Of a DNA stretch of 64,000 nucleotides, positions 9,502 to 18,201 are shown one piece after another. The position numbers and the translations under genes are program-made. Under the pieces are notes generated by a model, which saw nothing but the letters and a program-made list of their open reading frames with translations, ran no database searches and was not told the DNA's origin. Within the stretch, counting starts at the first letter, position 1, and each line of letters begins with the position of its first letter. Location: IMG/VR virus record IMGVR_UViG_3300038960_000189; one strand, given 5' to 3'. Origin of the DNA: an uncultured virus (IMG/VR IMGVR_UViG_3300038960_000189). Taxonomy: Duplodnaviria; Heunggongvirae; Uroviricota; Caudoviricetes.

Positions 9502-10370
9502 TTATTTACCTCTTTTAACTCTTTTATCAAATCAAAATATCTTAATAATGTTAAAATATGTGATTCTTTGATGTTGTTTATAGTTTCAACGTTACAAAGC
9601 ATTTCAGATAATCTTTCAACTTTTATTTTTGTTACTTTGTCAGTAATCAATGATTTTTGTTCAGATAATTGACTTTTAATTGTTGGTATTACTGTACTAA
9701 AATATTCTTTCATTGATGCAGTATCATTAACGTGTGTAATATATTTGNNNNNNNNNNCAGTAATTTTGTTTAAAAGATCTTTTTGGGATTCATTTAATAC
9801 TGAATATTTCTCGTTGAATTTATCTACTAATAATTTATAACTTAATAATCTTAAATCTTTGTTTTGATTTTTATATGAATCAATTAAATTGTCAATTTTC
9901 GGAGTTGCAGTTTCTTCATGTAATATATGTTCAACAAGTACTTGTTTACAATCCATTAATTGTTTAGGATTATCTGCTTCTGCGTATTCCATTATTTTAT
10001 ATATAGAAGCCAATTCTTTATAATTATTAATTCTAATTTTTGAAATTTTTGTGAAATTAAAACTTTCTGATATTTCTTTTACTAAATTATAGCGTTGTCG
10101 TTTTAATAATCCTTTATTTAGTTTATTATGTGCATTCTTGCATGCACGAATAAATTCTAAAACTTGAGCTTCTGATTTAAATGTTTCTTTAATTAATGAA
10201 TTATATAATTGTAACTCTTTTGATAATTCTGTATTTTTTCCGAAATATTTTTTGATAATATCAATTGTTATAGATTTATCAGATGTTAGCGATTCAGATG
10301 TTAATTTTCTAACTAGCATCTCAAAAAGAATTGCTGTATTTTTATATTTTGAATGTTTAAGATTTTTCAT
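9498..10370 (-). CDS. conserved head-module hypothetical protein (contains N gap)
   Basis: KHSKYKNTAILFEMLVR start; late motif at 10393-10400. Confidence 0.6.
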   Translation of the reverse strand: MKNLKHSKYKNTAILFEMLVRKLTSESLTSDKSITIDIIKKYFGKNTELSKELQLYNSLIKETFKSEAQVLEFIRACKNAHNKLNKGLLKRQRYNLVKEISESFNFTKISKIRINNYKELASIYKIMEYAEADNPKQLMDCKQVLVEHILHEETATPKIDNLIDSYKNQNKDLRLLSYKLLVDKFNEKYSVLNESQKDLLNKITXXXXKYITHVNDTASMKEYFSTVIPTIKSQLSEQKSLITDKVTKIKVERLSEMLCNVETINNIKESHILTLLRYFDLIKELKEVNK

Positions 10371-10408
10371 TTCTACACACGATTTCTTTCATATAAATAT
10401 CAGTTTAT

Positions 10409-12162
10409 TTATAAAATATTATTTTCATCTAACATTGACTTATTATCTGTAGATGTTTTTGGATTTTCATTTAATATTTTTGAGGTTTTATTTTTAATTT
10501 TTTTAAGTATATCAGAGTGTTCAGTTGCAACAGTTACATGTCGTCCTCTGTCTCTAGGATCTGGTTGAAATGTGGTAGATGTTGCTTGTTTAATTGTTTT
10601 TGCACCTGTCGGATCCCAGCCCATTTGATTTTTATGTTGCCCATATTTAATGCCTTCTGGTGGTCTCCCGCCTTTATCTTTTTCTTCAACATCATCTGTG
10701 CTCATGTGCATTGATGCTAAATCATGCGGCGTACCATATGATGTTCCTGTTATAGTAGGATCATTACCCTCTTGTTCAATTTGATTTTGTCTGAATCTTA
10801 ATTTTAAATCTTCTACAACATTGTTACGTTCTTCTAACCATTCATCCTCAGACATATTAAATATGTATTCATATATGTATTTATCAGAAACTAATTTTGA
10901 ATCTTTCATTGCAACAGCAAGTTGAATTTTTTCATTCATTAAAGCAACTTTTTGTTGGTCATAAATTATAGATGGAGCTGTTAATTCTAATTCAAAACCA
11001 ATTAAATCTTCTCCTTCATACCCCTGTGCATATAAATGAACTATAGCAATTTTAGCTAATTCAGAAACAACAATTTTTTGTATACGTTCAATTGTTCTAG
11101 CAAAACGTATATCCATTGATGCTAACGTTGTTTTTCCTTCAACACCTTCGTCATATCCTAAAAATGGTTTGGGTATCTTTAAAGCTGCCATCATTTTGTT
11201 TTTCACATAATCAATATCTTCAATTCCAGTAAAGGTCATTCCTGGTAATGTATCAATTTGTGTTTGACTATTACCTCCACGAACTGGTAAGTAATAATCT
11301 TCAAGCATATTATTTAAATAATATTTTCCATAAATGAATCAACTTCATTTGGTGGAATATTACCAATATCAATTTTGAAAATACGTTTTTCTGGAGCTCT
11401 CATTATACGATGTATAAGCATTGCATCTTCTAACATCATTAGTTTTTGAAATTCCTGTCTCGCTCCTTCTAACATTGATCTACCATATGGAAGAAAGTTA
11501 GAATCAGATAACATTCTAAAATGGGCTATTTCAAACACATCATATGACATTTGTTCTGTAGATGAATGTCTAAATTTAATATCATATTCTCCATCAGTTG
11601 GATTAAACTCCTCCATTCTTTCAATTTCATATACTGATAATGGTCTTGCACTTATAATTCCTAATCCTTCAGATATATCTAATTTGAGAAAAAAGTCTCC
11701 ATATTTAGCTACATTTCTAATCCATGGCCACATATTAAAGTCAATATTCAATACATCATAAAATAAATTATGAAGTATTTTTTGTATATGAGTTTTATTT
11801 GTTTTAATTGATAATATATCTCCAAACTGATCTGCTAATGTGGATTCATCAGAATATATATCTAATGCAGCAGAAATAATAGGATCCTTATCCATCATTT
11901 CATAATCAGTATATAATTGCATTCTATTTTGTTGGGAATAGTAATTTGAATCATATCCTCCATATCCAGATCCATACCCGCCATATCCAGTTCTACTACT
12001 ACCATGTAATCTAGAATATCGATCTGTTAATTTACTTTGAGATAGATTTCCTATGGACTGTAGTCTGTTTGTATCTACTACACGAAGTTTTTCTTTTCCA
12101 TATTTTCGTACAACAACATTTGTAGCGAATAAATTACGTAAACGTTTTCTTAATGAAGCCAT
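10409..12162 (-). CDS. gp20: portal protein (T4 gp20 family), split into two ORFs at ~11310
   Basis: 5' ORF has LEDAMLIHRIMRAPEKRIFKIDIGN; 3' ORF has MLEDYYLPVRGG..QIDTLPG, ALKIP, DIRFARTIERIQ. Confidence 0.92.
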
Positions 12163-12196
12163 AATTGTATCTTTAATTTATTATAAATATAACTAA

Positions 12197-13786
12197 CTAC
12201 AGAAGCCAGGTTAAATTTTCATTATCACGCCCATTACTCCAGTCCCATGAATTTTCTGCGCTTTTATCTTTATTTGTATAAATTGTTGTATCTGTTTTTT
12301 GAAATCTAGATAATGCTCTTTTATTTAATTCAATACCTTGTTGTCTCAATTTCAAACTTGTATCTCTCAACCACAATGCAATTGCAAAACTCATTACTAA
12401 ATCATCATTGTATCCAACTTGTGCTTGTGGCTTACTATTTAACCAAACAAATACAAATAATTCTTGTATTAATCTTTTAGAACGAATGATTGGACTTTTT
12501 TCACGCATATACATTTCTAATGCTGAAATCATTAATGGTCTTGTTCTTGACGTTGTAGAAACGCCTGGAACCATTTGTGATTTATCTTTCTGATCATAGC
12601 CTTTTCTTAATTGTATATCTAGATCTACATATCCATCATCTTTATATGTATAAAACAGATTTTCATAACTTCTATCTAGTGCTGGTTGTATTGCTGCCCA
12701 ACCTATATTTGCATTTTCAATTGCTAATAATGCATTATTCCATTCTGTTGATACAGAAACTAACATATTACCAAATTCTTTAGGCGGGATCTTTCCTTTA
12801 TATTCAGCAACTTGTTTTATATCTTGTACATCAATTACATGAAATGCTGACCAGTCAGCTCCATCTCCACGTGCGACGTCAGCTACTACTATATAATCTT
12901 TTGAGTAATCTGGATATTCCCATATCCAATATCCATTATCATAACCTCTTTTTTCTATTGGATCAATACATTTTGATTCATATTCTTGAAGTATTAATCN
13001 NNNNNNNNNATCTACGACTGTATGACCAGATGATATAAAATCACAATCACATTCTTGAGCTGCTCCTCTTTCTCCTAATAATCTGGTTTGTTCATCTCTC
13101 CAAGAATTATCTCTATCAGGATGTAGATCCCATTTCAATTTAATTGTATTGAATCCATTAATATCTCCTTCAGCATCAACCCATGTTTGATGAAACCAAT
13201 TACCAATACCATTTGGAGTTGATAAAACAATTGCTCCTCCTCCAGTAGATAATGTAGCTTGCGAAGCTATCCATATTTCTTCAATATTTCTAATGAATGC
13301 AGCTTCATCAACAATTAATAATGACAATGCTTCTGATCGAGCTCCTGTAGATGCACTTGATATTGCTTTAATTTCTGATCCATTTGCAAATTTTAATGAT
13401 AATTTATTATTAGTTGTTATATTTGTTTTCAACCAACTAGGTAAATTTTCATTCATTGTTTGAACTTTTGAAACTAAATTTTTAGCAACATCCTGTGTGG
13501 TTGCAATTACTAATACATTAAAATCTTCATTGAATAACATGGACCACAAAGCATAGCCAGCACATAAGGTTGATATACCTAATTGTCTTGATTTTAGAAT
13601 TACATTATATCGATTATCACGTAACTGAGTTAGTGTGTCTTCTTGAAAATCGAATAAATTAAATTTTATTTTTCCTTCTATTGGATGTTGAATATAACAA
13701 TACTGACGCATAAAATAATTTGGATCATTTACGCATTTCTTGTATTGTTCACGTATAATTGATTTTATATCTTTTTCAGACGACAT
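12197..13786 (-). CDS. gp17: terminase large subunit (gp17)
   Basis: KSRQLGIST Walker A, LLIVDEAAF Walker B, STPNG coupling motif, nuclease ADVARG.G.D and DDLVMS. Confidence 0.96.
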   Translation of the reverse strand: MSSEKDIKSIIREQYKKCVNDPNYFMRQYCYIQHPIEGKIKFNLFDFQEDTLTQLRDNRYNVILKSRQLGISTLCAGYALWSMLFNEDFNVLVIATTQDVAKNLVSKVQTMNENLPSWLKTNITTNNKLSLKFANGSEIKAISSASTGARSEALSLLIVDEAAFIRNIEEIWIASQATLSTGGGAIVLSTPNGIGNWFHQTWVDAEGDINGFNTIKLKWDLHPDRDNSWRDEQTRLLGERGAAQECDCDFISSGHTVVDXXXXLILQEYESKCIDPIEKRGYDNGYWIWEYPDYSKDYIVVADVARGDGADWSAFHVIDVQDIKQVAEYKGKIPPKEFGNMLVSVSTEWNNALLAIENANIGWAAIQPALDRSYENLFYTYKDDGYVDLDIQLRKGYDQKDKSQMVPGVSTTSRTRPLMISALEMYMREKSPIIRSKRLIQELFVFVWLNSKPQAQVGYNDDLVMSFAIALWLRDTSLKLRQQGIELNKRALSRFQKTDTTIYTNKDKSAENSWDWSNGRDNENLTWLL

Positions 13787-14166
13787 TATTGAACTACTTC
13801 AACTATTAGCTTCCCTGTTAATAATGTGGTTGTTATTCCAAACCCAAACCATATAATTTTATGGTCATACCACTTAGGTTTTAATTGTTTTTCACGTTCT
13901 ATATATAGATCAATAGTTTCATTCAACAGTTTTACTTGATCATTTCTATATTTTATTTCTAAAGAATCTAGTATAATATAGTTTTCTAATTCTAATATTA
14001 AATTTTCCTGTTTTGAAATAATTTCATTATTAACAGAATCTATATAATATAACGAGTCTAATGTATTTGAAATATCTATTATTTCATCACTAGTAAAACA
14101 TGTATCAGGACTTTGCGAAAAAACACTTAAAGGCCATAAAAATATTATAATAAAAAATTTTTTCAT
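13786..14166 (-). CDS. exported coiled-coil protein with C-terminal membrane segment (possible spanin component)
   Basis: Signal peptide ending SVFS|Q, coiled coil, hydrophobic C-terminus. Confidence 0.45.
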   Translation of the reverse strand: MKKFFIIIFLWPLSVFSQSPDTCFTSDEIIDISNTLDSLYYIDSVNNEIISKQENLILELENYIILDSLEIKYRNDQVKLLNETIDLYIEREKQLKPKWYDHKIIWFGFGITTTLLTGKLIVEVVQ

Positions 14167-14525
14167 TTCCTAGTCTTACGTTTAATATTTTTTCTAGCTG
14201 CAGATACTTCTTTGGATTTAGATGTTGTTTTTGTTGATTTTTTAGTATCTTTTACTGCAGTAGTTCTTTTAACTTTTGAGTTTTTTGTCTTCTGTATTTC
14301 CTCTTTGGCTTCAATTATTTTTTTTCTTGAATCTGTTTTTTGTCGTTTAACTTCTTGAATTTTACCATCCAATTTTATAGTTTTAACTTTTTTATTTTCA
14401 ATTTTTTTATCTAATCTATCAACTTGCTTTTTACTATGTTTTTTTGAAAGAAGAAATATAATTCCAAATATAGATACAAAAGCGCCAATAATTATTTTAT
14501 AATATTTTTTTATTTTATCCATCAT
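14163..14525 (-). CDS. N-terminally anchored basic coiled-coil protein (possible inner-membrane spanin)
   Basis: TM IIIGAFVSIFGIIFLL then Lys-rich coiled coil; overlaps next gene by ATGA. Confidence 0.45.
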   Translation of the reverse strand: MMDKIKKYYKIIIGAFVSIFGIIFLLSKKHSKKQVDRLDKKIENKKVKTIKLDGKIQEVKRQKTDSRKKIIEAKEEIQKTKNSKVKRTTAVKDTKKSTKTTSKSKEVSAARKNIKRKTRK

Positions 14526-15147
14526 TTTTTTTATTTATATTTTTAAGAAAATTTTCTTTAAACGTTTCAAAGTTTTTTTGAACTGTATTTTCAAATTCTT
14601 CTGGAGTCATTTTTGCTTCCCATGTTTCTAATAATCCATCTGCATTTTGTACATGACTAGTTGATTGAGTATACAGTTGTTTTAATAGTTCTACATCTTG
14701 CTCTGCAGACTTCAACCATGCTTTAGCATTTTCCATGATTTTGTTTTGTTCGTATTCTTTGTATTTTCCTTGCTTTTTTAATTCATGTTCCATTTCAATA
14801 ACGCAATCATAACACATTCCATGTATAGTTCTCATTTTTTTATCTAAATGATTTGGAGATGTACATGTGCATGTTTCCTTAGGACAATTTGGATATGAAT
14901 TTAAATATTCTCGAACTTCAGCTGCAACTGAATTTTTTGGCTTCTTAACACGAAATCCATTTTTTTGTTCAATAGTATAAATAGTATTGCCTATTTTTTC
15001 TTCCCATATTTCTCCAATTTCACGTTTTTTATTTTTTTCAGATTTTTGTTTTGCGTCTGAAAACCCGGTGGTTTTTTTGGTTTGAAATTTGTGGGTACCG
15101 TCAAGCATTTGCTTGATAGCTTTAATGTTTTGTAACTTATTGCTCAT
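14515..15147 (-). CDS. hypothetical protein with Cys-rich (Zn-binding-like) motif
   Basis: CPKETCTC...HGMCYDC. Confidence 0.55.
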   Translation of the reverse strand: MSNKLQNIKAIKQMLDGTHKFQTKKTTGFSDAKQKSEKNKKREIGEIWEEKIGNTIYTIEQKNGFRVKKPKNSVAAEVREYLNSYPNCPKETCTCTSPNHLDKKMRTIHGMCYDCVIEMEHELKKQGKYKEYEQNKIMENAKAWLKSAEQDVELLKQLYTQSTSHVQNADGLLETWEAKMTPEEFENTVQKNFETFKENFLKNINKKNDG

Positions 15148-15160
15148 ATGTTAGATTTAT

Positions 15161-16069
15161 TTATAGCTTTCTTATAGCTCTTTCTAATGATCGTTTCAAT
15201 ATTCCTAATTTTCCAATCTTTCTTTCTCTTTTATCGCCACTCGTTAATCGAGCTACAACATCCATAATTGTTTTAAATTGTTGTTGAATATTTGGCTGCT
15301 GATTTAAAGCTTGCATGAAATTTTCAATTCTAGGATCTCCTGATGATTCTGGTTCTTCAGATTCTGGTTCTTGTTTTTCTTGATCTTGTTCTTCTTCATC
15401 TTCTTCTCCATCCTCTGAACTAGCTTCATCGTCTTGATCTTGATCTGCAGGAGCTGGTGTTGCGGCTGGAGCAGAAGTGGGAGCAGGTGTATCTACTGGT
15501 TCTTCTTTTGGCTCCTCAGTTGGTTCCTCAGTTGGTTCCTCAGTTGGCTCCTCAGTTGGTTCCTCAGTTGGTTCTTCAGTTGGCTCCTCAGTTGGTTCTT
15601 CAGTGTTGTCTGTAGAATCGTCTTTTGGATTATTAACTTGTTCTTGTTCTATTAAAAATTCTGTAACTTTTCTTTTAACAATTTCTCGAACTAATTTTTC
15701 TTTTTGTTCTTTTGTTAATTTTTTTATTTGAGACATATATCCTCCATCTTTCTTAGACATAGTGTCAACTAATTCTTCTGCATCTTCTTGTTGATTCTTA
15801 ACTAATGTTTTTAAAGCGTGTGCTGGCATTTTTGGATCGCCATCTTGTAATTCTTTTGTTACATAAATTCTATCAGAATCTTTAACCTTTGGTACCATAT
15901 TGTCTGCGTCATCAATAACTGGTTTATCATCTTTTCTTGGAACTTCTGGTAATGGTTCACCGGATGCATTGGGTACCATTCCTTCAACTTCTTTATCTAC
16001 GGTATAATCTTTTAAATCTTTTCTAGCCGAATGTTTTTCATTTTTTGGCTGTTTATATTTTTTATTCAT
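15161..16069 (-). CDS. acidic low-complexity protein with TEEP repeats
   Basis: 302-aa ORF; late motif at 16095-16102. Confidence 0.6.
   Translation of the reverse strand: MNKKYKQPKNEKHSARKDLKDYTVDKEVEGMVPNASGEPLPEVPRKDDKPVIDDADNMVPKVKDSDRIYVTKELQDGDPKMPAHALKTLVKNQQEDAEELVDTMSKKDGGYMSQIKKLTKEQKEKLVREIVKRKVTEFLIEQEQVNNPKDDSTDNTEEPTEEPTEEPTEEPTEEPTEEPTEEPTEEPKEEPVDTPAPTSAPAATPAPADQDQDDEASSEDGEEDEEEQDQEKQEPESEEPESSGDPRIENFMQALNQQPNIQQQFKTIMDVVARLTSGDKRERKIGKLGILKRSLERAIRKL
15497..15604. repeat. 12-bp tandem repeat, 9 units, encoding (TEEP)8-KEEP
   Basis: tggYtcYtcagt units read directly. Confidence 0.9.
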
Positions 16070-16101
16070 AGCAAATTACCTGTTTATTTTTTATATAAAT
16101 A

Positions 16102-18171
16102 TTATCTAGAATACTTTAATGTTCCTAATATTTGATTGATGGGAGCATATGCACCTGTTAATTTATATGTATTACCTCCATATACGAATACAATACCTTC
16201 AACTGGTACTATTTTACTGAATCCTCCTAATTGTTTAATCTTATTTAATTGAGTTTTTAATAATTCCATTTTTGATATATCATTAGTTGATCTCAATTCT
16301 CGTATAACTTTTGCAATATCTTTTCTAATATCTTGAACTACTTTAGCAGGATTTGCTGCTAAAAAGTTAGATACATTTTTCATTATTTCAGCACCTAATT
16401 TTAAAAATATAGATTCAAATGGTTCTACATTTTGTTTTTGATATTGTTTAAAGTCTTTTTTATCAAAGGCTCGCATCCATTCTACAAATTCTTCGTTATC
16501 TATCATTTTAGCTAGCTGATCAATTCTTGGAGTTTTAATATTAAATGACCATCTGTTCATTAATGTGTCTAACATATCTTCTGAAATATCATAATTTAAA
16601 TTTTCTGCTTTTTGTCGTATTACATCTTTCCACCAAGCTTTATGATATTCTGATATTGTATCTTGATCTTTTAAGTTATATTTATCACGTAATTGATTTA
16701 GTTCTTTAAATAATGCATCTTGATAATCTTGAAAATTTTCAACAGCTCCAACTTTAATTTTTTGTGGTGGTATTAAATTAAAAGTATTTTGTAGATCTGC
16801 GTTTGCATCTTGAATAGCTTTTTGTACTACATTGCCTCCGGCTAAATCAGTTTGAACAATTTTACCTTTTTCGTCAAATTCAACTAAATTATGAAATTGA
16901 AGATATGCTGCATCATATGATATAACATTTTTTGTAGCTGGATATATAATTTCCATGTTTGCAAATACTTTGCCATTTTTAAAAATATTATTTAATTTTT
17001 CTGTTCCAACTTTTGAAAATGCAGCTGCTAAATCTACACCAGCTTCTCCAAATGAATCTGATAATGCTCCTCTTCCCGCAAACTTTGCTTGTAGTTCTTT
17101 AACTGTTAATGGATTAACACGTTCTCCACCGTTCCTAGCAAATTTAACTTGTCCATCTTTTATAGTCATAAAAATATTTTGACCGTCTGTTTTTTCAGTA
17201 ACAGTATCTTCTATATCTAATCTTCCTTGCAATCCACGAGCAATCATTTCTTTAAAGTCTGCAAATGTTAATGATTGTGATTTATTCTTATCAAAAGGAT
17301 GTGACATATGTCCAGCTAATCCGCCTTCAGTTAAATATGGAGTTCCAAATATAGTTTTTGGAAATTTTTTAAAATCATATACAAATCCTTTGTCGTCTTC
17401 TTGATCAAGAGCTTTTCTTAGTTTTTTAATTTTTTTAGCATGAGCAACGGCTCCTTTTGGAGTCATATATCCACCACCCATTTCGTTCATTAATTCATTA
17501 ACATCTTCTTGTAATACTTGTTCCCACCATGATTTTAGAAATGCAGATTCTTTTACAATTGAGTCATTCGTACTCATTACATCTCCATATGTTGCAGCTC
17601 CGCCTAACATTTGCCAAATATTTTTTACAATGGATTCATCATAATTTGGATAACTAGCTTTAAATTTGCTATATGCATCTGCATTTAATGCTGCTCTTAC
17701 TGCAGAAGCAGATATTGGGTTACCATCATCATATTTTAATGGATCAACAGAAACTGTTAATTCGACAGCATCAATACCAGCTGGAATTTTTCTACCTGTT
17801 CGATCTCCAACTGTTTTATATTTGTCTATGTTTGGAATAAATGATTTTACACGAACATAATCATTATCTTTTTCAGATGCAGCTAATGCAAATTGACCTT
17901 GAGTGTCTTCTGGTAAATTGAATAGATATTCATATGCTGCCATAATTGGCGAATTAAATTCTGTAGGTTGTATTTCAATATTAGTATCTGTATTTAATAA
18001 ATTAAACATTTTGATACTTTGATCTCTAGTTATACCTTCTCGTTCTTTTGGACCTATCAACATGATAACTTTTTTCACGCTAGGGTTTTGTGCATATCGT
18101 TGTGCAAGAGCCATATGAGCTCCTGTAATTGGCTTAAAGCCTCCTGGGAATAATACTGTTACGTTGTTCAT
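16102..18171 (-). CDS. cytidylyltransferase-like domain fused to a KxDG ligase/nucleotidyltransferase-like domain
   Basis: N-term FPGGFKPITGAH and ISASAVR; C-term GHMSHPFD, TEKTDGQN, ANMEIIY, EGIVF, YKLTG. Confidence 0.7.
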   Translation of the reverse strand: MNNVTVLFPGGFKPITGAHMALAQRYAQNPSVKKVIMLIGPKEREGITRDQSIKMFNLLNTDTNIEIQPTEFNSPIMAAYEYLFNLPEDTQGQFALAASEKDNDYVRVKSFIPNIDKYKTVGDRTGRKIPAGIDAVELTVSVDPLKYDDGNPISASAVRAALNADAYSKFKASYPNYDESIVKNIWQMLGGAATYGDVMSTNDSIVKESAFLKSWWEQVLQEDVNELMNEMGGGYMTPKGAVAHAKKIKKLRKALDQEDDKGFVYDFKKFPKTIFGTPYLTEGGLAGHMSHPFDKNKSQSLTFADFKEMIARGLQGRLDIEDTVTEKTDGQNIFMTIKDGQVKFARNGGERVNPLTVKELQAKFAGRGALSDSFGEAGVDLAAAFSKVGTEKLNNIFKNGKVFANMEIIYPATKNVISYDAAYLQFHNLVEFDEKGKIVQTDLAGGNVVQKAIQDANADLQNTFNLIPPQKIKVGAVENFQDYQDALFKELNQLRDKYNLKDQDTISEYHKAWWKDVIRQKAENLNYDISEDMLDTLMNRWSFNIKTPRIDQLAKMIDNEEFVEWMRAFDKKDFKQYQKQNVEPFESIFLKLGAEIMKNVSNFLAANPAKVVQDIRKDIAKVIRELRSTNDISKMELLKTQLNKIKQLGGFSKIVPVEGIVFVYGGNTYKLTGAYAPINQILGTLKYSR

Positions 18172-18201
18172 TTTATATAAATATATTCATTTAATTATTT
18201 A

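Noticed and set aside
12197..13786. Intein or intron in terminase or other core genes
   Set aside because: Lengths are ordinary and I saw no splicing or homing-endonuclease motifs
15497..15604. Tandem repeat as a CRISPR array
   Set aside because: No spacers; it is an in-frame 12-bp coding repeat and there are no cas genes in the window
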